From Harriotta raleighana (taxonomy: Eukaryota), in the NCBI GenBank assembly GCA_050575255.1, contig JBNZDD010013634.1:3073538-3137537 (forward strand): DNA of 64,000 bases, in the 5' to 3' direction. Position 1 is the first letter of the stretch, and each line of letters begins with the position of its first letter. Below are positions 12,190-25,548 of the stretch, one piece after another. Both the position numbers and the translations under genes were made by a program. Under the pieces are notes generated by a model. It was not told where the DNA came from and ran no database searches. It saw only the letters and a list, made by a program, of their open reading frames with translations.

Positions 12190-13832
12190 ATATTCTATAA
12201 TATAGGCAAAGATTTTTAAAAATATATGGTATTGTTCCTATAATATTGTATAATAATGTGTTGAGTGTTGGTATTTTTAAATTAGTTTTTGTCTTGAAAA
12301 GAAAAATGATGTATTTGATTTTGAGATGAATTGCTTGGCAATTGACTGGCAGAAACACTTAAACTTGTTAAGATCATTGTGTTTGAATCTCGTCAATGTC
12401 AAATGCCACTTGCCACTTGTTGCTTGGCTTGTGTACATTCTTACAGCAACATTTTTGTTAACACACTGTTATCAGCCTGGAATTGTTCCCAACAGATTTG
12501 TAGTCTAAAGTTATGTTGTACCAGAAGACTTAATGAAAATGCTTGATTATTTAGTTCCCTATTGGAACCTCACGAGGTAAAGTCTCAAGGCTATCTGTCT
12601 CTTGAATTTGCTTGCCAGAACTAAGTGAGTTTAATTACTTTGTAGAGAGGTCAATGGAGACATCTCTGGCCGAGCTCTCCCTATTCTCTTGCCCAAAAAG
12701 GCTTCAGAACAAATTAGTAGATATTCAATATGGCATTGGTTATGAAAACTGAGTTCCCTAATGTCTCAATAAAACAAGGTAGTGTGTAAACCATTTTGAA
12801 GATGAAAATATTGTGCCTTTAATCCCAGACCACCTTTGACTATTGATGATGTTTGATTTGTATCAAAACCACAATATTTTTCACAGCATTGATTTTGATA
12901 TTCATTGTTTGATGTAATAAACCACTTCTGTTTTGGAATTCCTTCAAATAGCATTTTAATACACTATTACCTCTTAAACTACATTTGTTAACTGTTTGAT
13001 CTTATAAGAAAACCACCAATATTTAGCCCATTTAGTCTGTTCCTGCAGTTTTAAATCATTGTAGATGTTGTAGTCACAATGCCGAGCTATTTTTCCAAAT
13101 CCTTTATGCCTGTGATACCCAGATATTAAACTTGTGGAGTTTCTGTTGAGAGACTTTTTCCAGTAACAAGCTTTTAATTCTTCTCAAGCTTATTTTTTTT
13201 TAAAAAAGCATGTTTTCTAAAAATTTATTTTAATTTCTATACAAGTTAAATGTTTGTGAAGGGTGTAATGTGAACAAGATAAATTGACAACTTCATTGTC
13301 GTGTGATGGAGTTGAAGAAAAGACAATCGAATTTCTGGATACAGTTTACTTTGTGTTTAAAAAGATAAGCTAAAAATAGAGCTGCCAAATAGCAATCCTC
13401 ACTGGTGCAGAACAAAAGAGTTTGTATTTCCATTGGTTGGCCATATTCTTAAAGCTGTGTTGCCTCATAAATGTGACTTTATTCCCTTTTTTAGTTTAGT
13501 TCTAGTTTATAGTTTTGCCACCTAGCATTCGGTAGTCAGAGTCTTCAGTTATACAATGCAATGAAAATGCTGTCAATCTAGCATTTGTGTGTTAAACAGC
13601 AGGTTGTGCAGGGTTAGGGTTGAGGCCCAGAGTTGATTAAAGCTTAAGATGAATTTCTCCTGGTTTAATCATCTCTCGCTCTGCAGTTGCTGTTTGGTGA
13701 CTTCTGGATTTGCTTGGGGTGGGGGTGGATGGGTATTTTTTTTTGATCTCATGGAAAGTTCTCAGAAGTCGACTATTCCATTGAAACAAAACTCGTAAAA
13801 TTCAGTACGTTATTACTTCTAGTTAATCATCC

Positions 13833-14120
13833 AATAATAATAATCTTTGCATTTGATATGGCACTTTTGACGACTTCTAGACGTCACAAAGCCTTTCACA
13901 GAATATACTGTAAAGTGATTTGATTGTATTTGTTGTGGATGAAATGCAACAGCCAATTGCGCACAGCAGTGTCTCAAAACAGTCATGGATTGAAATGACC
14001 AATTTATTTTTGAGGGATTATTATTAGGTATGTGGAGTAAGGAAACTTGCCCAAGGTTTCGTCCTGCCTGTAATCGAATCCAGGTCTCTCACTTGTAGTC
14101 CTCTAAACACTGAGCTACAG
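13833..14120 (-). mobile_element. Near full-length short-form SINE
   Basis: Reverse tail at 13833 and reverse head ACTGAGCTACAG at the right end. Confidence 0.92.
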
Positions 14121-15084
14121 CACCTTTTGTAATAAAGGGGGCTCTTCCGCTCTCCCTCTTCCCATTCTGGTAATTCAAATTAAATTGGTGGATAATTGAG
14201 AGTTCCCAAATCAAACCACACCAATTTCAAATAAATCTTTGCAGATATAGGCTGCTTCGAGTGAGTGTGTGTGTGTGTGTTTGTTTGAGACACTTGGCGG
14301 AGTAGATAAATCTATCTCTGGTCACTGTTCATCCGTACCAGTTTTTGGATCGATTATCATTGATAGTTACCTGAGAATGGTCATAATTTTGCCATTCCAC
14401 AAGCAAATCATCACTTTAACTGTGAGTCTTTATGCGACAAAACATGATGGTGAATGATCAAGCCAATGGATAACCAAGACATTAATTAATCGGAATGCAT
14501 ACAGTCAATATTTCACTCTCCACCTACCATTTGGAAGCAGCACAACCAAATGATGTGTCAACTGGCATTTTGGATCTTGTGTTTTTTTAATGGAACCTCT
14601 AGGAACAAGAGGACATGTTTATACATCCTAGCACAGTTTCTACCATAGGGGGTTACATGGATACCATAAGGATTACTTGGGGTTAGTCATAGATAAGAGT
14701 AAAAGAGTGTGTAGTTTGTTTGTTTGTTGTAACTGCAACTGTTGCAATTAAATGATGCTGTCTTGTGCATTTCAATAACTGATTTGTTCTAATCTGATGT
14801 GTTTTTGTTCACACGATTGTCAAGTGTTTTTCTGGGATTTTGAATTGTAAAGTTATTTAACAGGATTGATTGTAAAATGTCAAAAGTGATAGTTCAGTTG
14901 TTCCATCTGTGCAAAGTTCACATTTCCCATCATGGTTTTACATTTTGAAAATGTTGTGCTTGGTGGTATTATTTTTTTCCACTCCTGCCACATTTTCATT
15001 GTTATATGCCATTGTCTGTCTCTTGAGTTGGGAGACGAGGAAGGATTTAGGCAGCAGCAATGCTGTGAGTGGGGTGTAAATTGT

Positions 15085-15172
15085 TCCGCCCTCAAAATAC
15101 ACAGTCAATCCACTTTGAGATATCTCAGCAATGTGATAAGGCGCTATATCAAATGCAAGGATTATATTACTA
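15085..15172 (+). mobile_element. SINE 3' fragment
   Basis: CAGTCAATCCACTTTGAGA...GCGCTATATCAAATGCAAGGATTAT. Confidence 0.8.
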
Positions 15173-15969
15173 TGAATTGAGGAAACAAACAAGATTAATT
15201 TTGCCACATTGGTGTCCAGCAACCCAGCTAAAAGACAGCAATACATTTGTCTTGGGAGATTGAAGTTTATATCAATTTGTCAATGTTGGGATTCACATCA
15301 ATGTCCTATTTATGAATGTACCCACTTACTCTTAGAGCTTCCAACTCACCAACGCTCTATTGCTAAAACCGCAGTGCCTCTACTTAATGAATAGCTGTAC
15401 TTGGTTATTAGAAACAATCTGGTGCTAATGTAAATTAAGCGTAATTTAAACAAACAGAACACCAACAAATGCTGTTCCCGGCAATCTCAAATGCAGTAGC
15501 TTTAGTAAGGCTTTCTTCTGCCATTAACCCTTAAGTGCTGCGGGATTTGAGATCTTGCTTTGTTAGCTCCATTTGTTGTCTTGGAGACCTGAGCTGGGCC
15601 CCAGGCAACTCCACATCTGCTGCTGTACCACAGAACCAGCTGATTAAAATAAATGGCATTGATGTATCTCTGCACAGCAGGGGTACCCAGAGACCTGTGC
15701 AATGCCTTTGATCCACTTCAGCAAAGCCTTGCAGCTGATTGTAAAGCAGAATTTATTTCATAGCTTAGGCAAGAGATTTGAAGCTGATGCAGGGAAACTT
15801 TGGTGCTAGTGACTGTGCTTGTAGCTTCACCTTCCCAGTTGGAATCATCCCCAAGTCCCATACCTCCAAGCATCTGTTTCAATCCCACATTCCCAGGCTT
15901 GTCAAAAATGTATAATACTGAACAAGTGGGTTAGAGAGGCTTGAGAAAGTTGGGATATTCCTTAAGAGT

Positions 15970-16120
15970 TGTCTGCTTCAGTCTTTCTTTGTCTGTGTGT
16001 CTATGTCTGTCTGTCTCCCTCTCGTACACACTCATTGTCTTTCATTCTCTTAACTCTGATGGAGTTTGTTCTCTTTTTCTCTGTCTCATGTACACTCTCA
16101 CTTTTCTCCCTCGTTCTCAG
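15970..16120. repeat. Degenerate CT/TC-rich low-complexity tract
   Basis: Runs of TCTG, TCTC and CTCT. Confidence 0.7.
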
Positions 16121-17514
16121 TTATTACTCATTGATTCAGTGCCTATCTTCTTAAGACTGAGAGCTCGTTGGGAGAGTCAATAGGAGAGACCTGTATAATA
16201 GCACTTTCTAACGAAGCACCTTAGAACACCAATATACAGTACATCTGTATAACTGATCAGAGGGATTTAGTAATTCCTTCAAAAGCATTGTATTCCATCA
16301 GTATTTGTAAGTGTAACAGCCTCAAAGCTCTTATCGGGTACATTCATTTACATGCCTACATTCTGTACATTTTTGTCCAAAGCAACAGAAGCGACAGTCA
16401 CTAAACTCATAATCATTGCTGTTTTGAGCAAAGTTTCTCATTGCACTAATGCTTTAAATACCGTCTCTTGCATAAAAGTACAGATTCTACTTGGAATTAG
16501 TTTCAATTTTTTTCAGCTAAATTCATATTTTCATCCTGTTGTTTGTTAATGGTTATGTTTCAGTATTAGTGGTCCTGCTGGTCATATTTACAAGTGAATT
16601 TACATAACTGTAGCTTTTGGTGTTTTCAAAGTTGAGTACTAATATCAATAGTACTTGGTATTCAATTGAAATCTTTTTAGCCTTGGTTTGTAATTTCATG
16701 TCTGCAAAGCATAGCTGTAATACAGTTGTTGTTTAGATTAGGTCTCTATAGATGCTAATCTTATCTCAACAATTTTCATATTAAATTATTGAAGTTTGCT
16801 TTATGAAATCACAATGGATGTAAATTTTGAGCAGTCAAGGTGTGAATTCTCTTTTAAGTAAAGGCATAACTAAATACTTGTTTGAGATAGAGTATCGAGT
16901 TTATTTTAATTTAATTGGATTCTAAATGTGTTTCCCTGAAGGCCCATGAATAAAAATTAAAAGTTAATTGGAGGACCAATGGTAATAATGTTCTGGTTCG
17001 TCTGCTTATATAACAGTTTGCTTTTTGCTCCGGAAGCATCATTTTCTCATCTGTCTTGCCTTGAAATGCAAACGTGCCAACTCAATACTTATGATTGCAA
17101 GGTGTTTAGCAAACAAACTGGTTTCCTGTCAGTCAATCATCAATTATGGCAATTGTAAACTATTTTACCATAGATCTAGAGCAGCAGCTTTTTCATCTAC
17201 TGTTAGATTATCATTGCTTATCATTTGTACTACTGTATAATGCTGCAAACATTTAATGTTTCAATTTTGCTTCATTGCTAAGAGCATTCTGGGATCTTCA
17301 ATTCAAACCAACCCAGACCGATGGAATGAATCTGCTGTGTGTCTCATGTCCAATGAGTTAGTCAGTCATGATGTGAGCTACTATTGGGTTCAGCCACCAC
17401 TCCAAAACACTGGAAAACTCTACCTCATTGCTCTGCCTTATTAGAAACAATCTGGTTTCTAATAAGGCAGAGCCCTCCCTCCCTCCAGTTAGTCCTGTCC
17501 TGTCCTCTGCCCCT

Positions 17515-17582
17515 ATCAAACGCTCTGTGACACTACCCTGCATGAGGGGCACTTATATAAATGCAAAAGTTGTTGTTGTTGT
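17515..17582 (+). mobile_element. Short L2-type 3' tail, family B
   Basis: CGCTCTGTGACACTACCCTGCATGAGGGGCACTTATATAAATGC followed by (GTT)n; similar to 31566 and 55415. Confidence 0.7.
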
Positions 17583-17944
17583 GTGCGTACATGTAATTTT
17601 TGATGGCCTTCTGGCAGGATGTGTAGTTGTGCACACGGCCTGGCCAATCTGGAGTATGTTCACGTCTTTCCCTGCACTCTGTGTATGTGTCGGATTAGTA
17701 GCCTGGGAAAGATACTGCAACTGCATTATCAAGGGAAATGTTATCATGTCAGACAATGCAGTGCCTCAGTTGCATAGGGAATAAGTGAACAGCCAGTCAG
17801 CCTGACTGTATAATCACAACCTCACACTGGTTTGACTCCTCTTTACTGTCAATATTTATTGAAAGATTACGGTAATTTTGCTGTACATTTTTATAGGAGT
17901 TCTTTACTGAATTTTATCTTTTTTTTGCATTCCTCATGTTATTT

Positions 17945-18125
17945 TTGGCAGTGCCATTAAAGACTGAATTTTCTTTAAGCGTTGATTGTACAGAAATGAC
18001 CCTTTGTATCCCTGAATCCCTGCCTTTTCGGCCTGGTGTCTCAATTAATCCGCTGCATTAATGGTTAGAATTAATATGAAACTAATTTTAAAAAGCTGCA
18101 TTGGGCTGAATGTGTCTTTCTCAGT
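17945..18125. promoter_or_regulatory. Candidate conserved non-coding enhancer-like block
   Basis: Repeat-free, with clustered homeodomain cores (CCATTAA, AATTAAT, CATTAATG, CTAATT), TGATTG and CTTTGT, and retained CpGs. Confidence 0.3.
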
Positions 18126-18368
18126 TTTCGAACTCATGAACTTGTTTTACATTTGTTCCATTTTGGGTTAGTAACTCTTGTCTGGGGCTGAACTTGTTAA
18201 GGAGTTTCCACTTTCCAGGAAGTTAGGAAGATTGTTTGGGTATGATTACAAAAAATAAAGAGGACATTTCTCTTCCAACATCTGGCTACCACTGCCCAAG
18301 AAGAGATTGAGATGAATGCTCACTAACCTGTACATGCCTGACTTACTGTTTGGGACTGACTGATAATA

Positions 18369-19346
18369 CAGTTAACCTTTGTCGAAGGCGATTTTATCGA
18401 TTGCGGATTCAAGTATACGCGACAAAACAAAAGCAGCACTTTTTTGTGCATCTCGCGTAAAACTTGGATATACTCGCTGGCTGGCCCCCATGCATATGCG
18501 CACGGGTGAAGATGCCGATTGCTCCCGACTAAATCCGATGATTCCTCAGCTGGCTAGTCCCAAGTGCATGTACATTTTTGACGAGGCCGGCAGATCCCGA
18601 CTAAGGCCGAAGCCCCACGTGCAATGCATTCTGGGTAAATAGAATAACGCTTCGGCCTCGGAGAATTTTATTGCGTTGCATGGTAAACAGAAGAGAGAGA
18701 GACAGGAATCGTATAGCAATGTAGGCTACTCTACCCTGTTGTTTTATTGCTTTTTAAAATTGCTTTACTGCTTTGTTATAGCAATAAAGCATAACAAATC
18801 CGCTGTAACCTTTCTGTGCCCCCAGCAGTCTGCCCTCCAAGCAGCTCGCTGCCCCCCACCTCCCCGAGTCCCCACCATGCCTCCGATCGGCTCGCTGCCC
18901 CGCATCTCCCCGAGTTCTCCCCGACTCCGAGTGGCTCGCTGCCCCACACCTCTCCTAGTCCCCCCGTGCCTCCGAGCGGTTCTCTGTTCCCTCCCCTCCC
19001 CCCGCCCGATTGCCGCTCTCCCCGATTTCTCTGTGCCTCCCTCCCGGGCTGCCCTGATTTGCCCACTTCCTGGGTGGTAGGAGAGACGAGAGCAGGAAGA
19101 GCGCGGGCGGCGGGGGGGAGCAACAAGAACGGGGAGAGGCGGGCAGAGTGAGGAGCGGGCCAGCCAACTGTAGCCCCCATCAGTAGATACCTTGCATCGG
19201 ATATGCTAGAGGCTTGAGGTGGGTAGCCTGTGACTGTATTCCCCTAACCCCCCTTTCCCCATTACTTCTTAAGCTTCTCCAATGCGATTTCATTGAGTGT
19301 TTAGTTTTCCAGGAATGTAACCCCTGTGATCAACAAGGGTTAACTG
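18369..19346. mobile_element. Non-autonomous Tc1/mariner (Tigger/pogo-like) DNA transposon, 978 bp
   Basis: TA at 18367-68 then CAGTTAACCTTTGTCGA; the right end is TCAACAAGGGTTAACTG then TA at 19347-48. The TIRs match at 15/17 positions, there is a TA target duplication and CAGT termini, and no transposase ORF is visible. Confidence 0.85.
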
Positions 19347-20384
19347 TACTTCATTGCTTGTCCAAGCTTTCCTTTAAAGTCATTCTTAAGAAGGTTTGGA
19401 ATGCTAAAGGCATGAGCTTCAGGGAAATTCTGTTGGTTTAACACCGAGATTGCCTCAGTTGGTAAAAAGGGAAGAGCTTGTGAGAACGCAAGATGAAAGC
19501 ATCACATAAAAGCTGAAAAGAATCAATTCACCTTCTCTGTACAGCTCAACTTGAAAACTCAGTACAAAGAATACCATTGATGTTTGCTACACCTGAAAGA
19601 ATTCGGAATGCCCTCCTCCCATTTCCTTAGGCTTTAGTGTCTGCCAAAGGAACCAGATCATTTGCAGGTTCATCCAAGTGTTTTTTTTAACACACGTTGA
19701 CATGCCAGCACCTTTCAACACCCTGTATGTTATGCTCCATTCGGAGCAAAGGCATTACTTATGATTAGAGACTTCACTTCTAAGGGCAACTATGTCCTCA
19801 ACCTCTTCACCGTGCTTTGTTTATAACCTGTTTTAAGTAGATCTGTCCCTGTTGCATTAAAGGCGAGTTTGCCTCTTTGTAAAACTATGCCAACTTAATA
19901 ATTATACAGATGTGTACCTTTAGAAGATAGCTAAATGACCATATAAGCAGCTTAAGGCTAATTGTAGCTTTTTCTGATTCTCCTGATGCCTGCACTGTGA
20001 GAACTCTCCTGGAGCAGAAACCAGGTCTACTTTTGAAAAGGGAAAACTTGACATGACTTTCGGGGCCGGGCACAAAAGGTTTTTGATCAGTAATATATTC
20101 AAATCGATTCATTTTAAGTTTGTTAATTGCTTTTATCGTGCAGTTGTAGAGAAAGAAGAGTGCAGACAGTCACCTCCGTTTCTGCCTCTGGTGTTGGTAT
20201 ATGAGTTGGCTGTGTGACAACAGCAAAAATGTGGCAAACATCAACACAGATGTTTGCCTGCTGCTGACTGTTGCTTCCTAAAATAGAATTGGGATAAATC
20301 TCCATGTTACCAGACAAAAATATTTATTTTCTTGTAAGATCCAATACTTTAATTGACATGCAAGCCCAGCAGTCCTGGTTCTGC

Positions 20385-20453
20385 AAGCGCCTTGGGACGT
20401 CCTCCCAATGTGAAAGGCACTCTATAAATGTAATTTTGTGGTTGTGGTTGTTG
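20385..20453 (+). mobile_element. Short L2-type 3' tail, family A
   Basis: GCGCCTTGGGACGTCCTCCCAATGTGAAAGGCACTCTATAAATGTAATTTTG plus a TTG-type tail. Confidence 0.85.
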
Positions 20454-20756
20454 TCTCTTTGAAGAGACAGGTACCTTTTCACCTAGCCAATTGTCCAGTA
20501 GTTACAATGGCAGAGGCCATTAATCCCCAGCCAAAGTAGTCATCTTGACAAAAGGGTGCATCAACCATCAATTAAGGGGCTTTGGCCCTGTCTCTACCCC
20601 AGTTTCCCATGGGATTATGGTCCACAAGTGAAATGTGCTTTGTTTGACCCTATGTTGTGAGTAGAGTATCTCACAGGAGTGTAGTTACTAAAACTATATT
20701 ATTACTGGCGGGTATATACTGTGTACAGTATTTAGGCACTGAAAGGTTATCAGGGG

Positions 20757-20866
20757 CATTTCGCCCACAAATATTCATTCAATTCACTTTGCAGTATGTT
20801 CTGTGAAGCATTTGAGATGTCTGGAAGGCGTGAAAAGTTATATCAAATGGAAAGATTATTATTATT
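20757..20866 (+). mobile_element. SINE 3' fragment
   Basis: TTTCGCCCACAAATAT...ATATCAAATGGAAAGATTATTATTATT. Confidence 0.85.
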
Positions 20867-21354
20867 GTCATTCCAATTTTATACACGGTATTACTTAACC
20901 AACAGAGAGACGCTGTGGCCAACAAAGGCAAGAAAATTCTTCAAATGAACAGTATCAAGAACATGTAGAATTATTGCAAGATCTTTTCCTTTTCACTTCC
21001 AACACACAGCTTAGTTGAGTGCAAGTCCGTTTTGTATTCATTGTTCAACTCCTTTGTATGTGCACTTGCACAATATTAATGTACTGTTGTTCTCTTATTC
21101 AGTAATCTACTTTGTCTCAAATGTGTTTATTTATTTTCCTGTGAAACCAACTATCCCTTCATCAATGCAACTTCTCATTCATCACAGACTTTAAAAAATA
21201 GACTTGCGGTGTTTCGAATAGAAATTGTGGAATTCATTTCTTTGTGCCTCAGGCCAAGAATTGGTTACCAAAATACATTGTAAACAAATGATCATGTTCT
21301 TCAAATAATAATTCATGTTTTTTTATGGGTTTTGTTTAAAATGCTACCTTAAGA

Positions 21355-21603
21355 CACTCTGCCCCAACCTCTGGACCTCCATCCCGCAGTCCCTCCGCCT
21401 CACCCACTCCCTGGCCTCCTTCAAGTCTCGCCTCAAGACTCTCCTCTTTGATGGACCCATCGGCAACTCCTTATCCTCCATTTCCCCCCCCACCGCCTCC
21501 AATGTCCTCAGCTCGGGTCTGAAGCAGTAACTGTCCAGTGCCTTGGGACATCCTCCTGACGTGAAAGGCACTATACAAATATAATTTTATTGCTGTTGTT
21601 GTT
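21355..21603 (+). mobile_element. L2 LINE 3' end: ORF2 C-terminus, 3' UTR and family A tail
   Basis: Translates LCPNLWTSIPQSLRLTHSLASFKSRLKTLLFD, matching the L2 ORF2 end pattern PxLWNSLPxxxRxxxSLxxFKxxLKTxLF, then GTGCCTTGGGACATCCTCCTGACGTGAAAGGCAC and (GTT)n. Confidence 0.92.
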
Positions 21604-22424
21604 AATTCACTGTATGAGAAATTTACACATTTTATTGATTGACGAATCCTCACAAAACCTAATATTGGGAGCCAATAATATGTCCCAGGGATAAATATTA
21701 TTTTGCAGAAGGAAACTGATTGAATGAATAATAAATGTTGGTTTATTCTAGAGCATCAGTCAAGACTTTCCTGAGGACAACTCTTTTGATTTCTTTTTCT
21801 CTCTCGTGCAACAATTTTATTGCATTCTCTTGCGGTGGATTACTACTTCTTGGGACTGCTGAGCTTGTTAAAAGATGATGAACTAAAAACTCTGGCTGTG
21901 CTCTTGCCATGAAACCTGGTTATGATGTGCAACAAAATTAAATGCTAAGAATAGAATCTGTCTTCCAAGCTTCATCAAGCAAGCTTTTCCCTGTACCAGG
22001 ATTAGAAAGGCAGAATGGATTTTCTGTGTCATACGTCATCAAGTGTAGTCCTGGATTATGCTCAATGTATTGTTCTGCAAATTTCCCAAGGGCTCTGTAC
22101 AGGTGAATGCAGTGTTTCAGTTGGCTGTCGGGAGTAAACCCTTGGCACAGCAATTCAAAACAGATGACAGCCTTGTATGATTTTAAAAATAACCACAGGC
22201 ACACAAAACACACGGTTTTCTTAGTGTTTGATCCTGACATTTGACAGTGAATTTGCAAGGAAAAGATAACATTTTAAATCTATATATAGATAAAGCATTG
22301 GATTTGCCATTCATATTGAAAAGCCGGGTTTGCAGAAAGTACACCTTCAGCAGGATTCATATTGCCTTTCTGTAAAATAAGGGTTTTGATGGAATGTGTG
22401 GAATTAATAAGGAATGGTCCGCTG

Positions 22425-23910
22425 TAAACAACATCAACATTACATTTGTACAGTGCCTTTCACATCGTCAAGGATTATTATTTTGATGTTTTGCTTTTCA
22501 TTAAGCTTTTTCCCTCCCATTTCTTTCCTGAACAAAAGGAGTTTCCCCCCCTCACCCCCATTCCCCCTTCCTTTCATGATGATTCAAGATAAATATACTG
22601 CAGGGCTTCGTAAAGGACAAAGAGTAGCCGAGTATGGAAACTGACATTGAGGACATCAGGAAGAGCCTCTTCTGTATCTTTTGTGGGATAAAAAATAATG
22701 AATTGTCATCAACTTCTTTGACCTCTAGTAAAATGTCCGCACTAGCAATCTGGATTATGTGTAGTTACAGCTGCATGATTTAGCTTTTTAGATGAAGGGA
22801 CATCCTCCCAACCTGAAAGGCACTCTATAAATGTAATTTTGTTGTTGTTTGCTGTTGAAGGAGACCATTCTCATATCACGTGATTTTGTTTTAATCTGTT
22901 CTATTTTTTCATAGGAACAAAAATGGAGTATTAGAACTATGAAAACTCTGAAACAACGGGTTAATATGTTCTGATCCTTACACACTGGGGCAGATTTATG
23001 GCTATCAGTGTTTTCTAAATCAAAGCTGCACTTGTAAAATGCTTTATAGTACCCCCTAATCGTGTTTTACTGAGGCGTTGAAGGGGATGCAGGGTAGAGT
23101 AACTTGCACTGATTGATGACTGGTCAGTAAGCAGGTGCTTCCACTGCTTTCAATGGTACAAAAGGCAGAGCAAGAGAAGCAGCTTCTGAAAATGTAAAAA
23201 CTTAAATGGAAATAAATGTTATATATTTCCCTTTTTAGTAATGCTCAGAATCAAAGGGAAAGGTGCAACTGTTTATCATCTTATTGTGATTTAGGACAAT
23301 TCTTTGCTTGGTGTACTGTATAAATCAATTTACAATACAAATCTAGAAACTGTTAACCCTGCACTCTAAATCTCCAGGACATAGATTCTGGGGGTATTTG
23401 ACTGTCAAATCCAATAACTTTCTCTGGAATATTTGCTGCAGCGAATATTTTCCTGAGATTCAAAGTGTCCTAACACCTTGGGACGTCCTCCCGATGTGAA
23501 AAGCGCTGTACAGGTGTAATTTGTTGTGGTTGATATTATTTGCTGATACCACATAAGTTCTGTAGAAGCACAGAAAGATATTAGCGAAACTTTGCCAGAA
23601 CATGTTTCAATGCAGTTAGGTTTTCTTTAATTATTTTTCCATGCTTTCCTATCCAAATTCTCCTGTGTATCCTTCCTTTTACTCTTGAAAAGATAATGCA
23701 AATTGCTTGGAAACCAAATAACAAATACTTGGCTACTTCGAAGTGAATTCCATCCAGAATGATTGCTACCTAAAGAGTGACTGCAAGGCAGTAATCTCAT
23801 TGTGAAGGAGAGATGGACATTGAACTCATAGTTCATAACCATCTTCCTAAATCTTTCACATCTGGACATCCTCCCGACGTGATAGGCGCTCTATAAATGT
23901 AATTTTGTTA
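22425..23910. mobile_element. Cluster of four short family A L2 tails: 22425-22476 (-), 22797-22855 (+), 23474-23531 (+), 23862-23910 (+)
   Basis: Each matches part of GGGACGTCCTCCCGACGTGAAAGGCGCTCTATAAATGTAATTTTGTTG. The DNA between them is not part of the elements. Confidence 0.8.
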
Positions 23911-25329
23911 CTGAATCCCGAGATGATCATACAATCTTTAAAGTATCTCAGAAACAAAAGTTTTATAAGTAAGTCATTCACCTGGCCAACCCTTTAACAT
24001 ATTTTTGGGAGTGATTTTACTCTGAGTTTGGTTGGTTCTGTGATTTTCCTGACAGCAGCTGTCATTGTGGATACGGGCTCGTGCTCTGTGTTGCTGATGT
24101 GTGATGACCTCCACACTGAAGGAACATTGAGTGTGATGTAACTGCTGTCAATGATAATGGACAACTGATTGCCTGAAAACAGCACGATCATATTATAAGG
24201 CAGTAATCAAGTTAATGTGTTGATAAATCCACAACGATAGCCTGAACCCCAAGATTAAATTTCTGTCTTCCATTTGCTTTGATTTGTGTCATCATATTTA
24301 ACCTGTAACCAGCAAATTTGAAGTTTAAATTGGTTTTGTGGATTTTTTTAGTTTGTGTGTGTGTTGGATGGGTGGGTGGGGCGGGGGAGGAAAAACTACA
24401 AGAAGAATGAAGTGATATTTGAGGATTACTCTTCAAATGTTCATCTCACAGAGCAAATAGTGTTATGGGTTTTAAGGAGGAAGAGCTGAAGTGGCAGGGA
24501 TTGCAGCAAAACCAGCTGTTTTATAATACACTGAGTTAGCAGATTGCTTTGCATCTTATTTCAAATAATATCACTTGTTTCTCTTGGTTGCTTAAATCAC
24601 TGGCTAATACAGAAACAGTTGTTCAAAATGCAGTTTTTCCTGCCTGATGTCATTTTATTGTTCTGACATCCCTGTGTCTATGCTGTAATAGGAAGCAATA
24701 AAGTATCACATCACTTTAGTCACCGAGTGTCTTTCTTTTTGATGTGTTTATCTTTTAAATACAGCACTGCTTCTTTTAATCTCTGTATGTAAGGTTACTG
24801 TATTAGTAGCTAAGATCTTCACAAAGGTAGCCATCTGACTCTGGGTAGATAATAACTAGCAATCTATAGAAATCAGGGGGGAAAAAATGGAAATTGAGAT
24901 GATAAGCAGAAAGCTGTTCATGTTGGGGGATTAATCATGTGGGAGACAGCAGTCATTGCTGCTCAGAAGCAGTGTTAGCAGTCTCTCTTTATAATGTTAG
25001 CTGTTTTTCCTTGTGTGATGGTAGGGATGCAAACATGAACATATTCAGTGATAACAAATGCTTTTGAGGAAGAGATGTAAATGAGTAAAGAAGTTCACAG
25101 AAGCCTGACCTAACAATTTATATTCGAAACCCGACTCAACGAGCTTAGTTGCTGACATGATGGTTTTGAAAATTAGAGATGGTATTTGGAGAAGCATAAT
25201 TGATTCATTAAATAGACATGATCACTCTAGAAATGGTTTGGGGAGGATCTTCAAACCTCCAAACCTTATTAAATGTCACTTTCCATGTTTTGGTTTGATC
25301 TGAGTCTTATTGTCTTCTTAACCAGCAAT

Positions 25330-25476
25330 CATACTGCTGTGGACAATTGGCTGCCGTGTTTCGCCCATGAATATACACTTCACAGTCAATTCACTTTACA
25401 GTATATTCTGTGAAGTGCTTTGAGACATTGATAAGATGTGAAAAGCACTATATGAAATGCAAGGATTATTATTATA
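25330..25476 (+). mobile_element. SINE 3' half
   Basis: CTGCTGTGGACAATTGGCTGCCGTGTTTCGCCC...AAATGCAAGGATTATTATT. Confidence 0.9.
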
Positions 25477-25485
25477 ATTAATATT

Positions 25486-25548
25486 AGCGCCCTGAGACGC
25501 CGTCCGGGGTGGAGGGCGCTATATAAATCGAAGTTACTGTTGTTGTAT
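25486..25548 (+). mobile_element. Short L2-type 3' tail, family B
   Basis: GCGCCCTGAGACGCCGTCCGGGGTGGAGGGCGCTATATAAATCGAAGTT plus a TTG-type tail; close to 55415. Confidence 0.85.

Noticed and set aside
13610-13621. AGGGTTAGGGTT telomere-like motif
   Set aside because: Only two units, so chance is a sufficient explanation.
18676-19180. Overlapping Pro/Gly/Arg-rich ORFs on both strands
   Set aside because: These result from stop-codon scarcity in the GC-rich repeat core of the DNA transposon.
19317-19343. Short palindrome resembling a mini piggyBac (TAACCCC..AAGGGTTAA)
   Set aside because: It is explained as the right TIR and subterminal region of the 18369-19346 element.
20504-20591. 21-bp inverted arms
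   Set aside because: Only 15/21 matches; many such pairs are expected by chance in 64 kb. Weak palindromes near 8510, 14175, 29260, 41365 and 60870 were set aside for the same reason.
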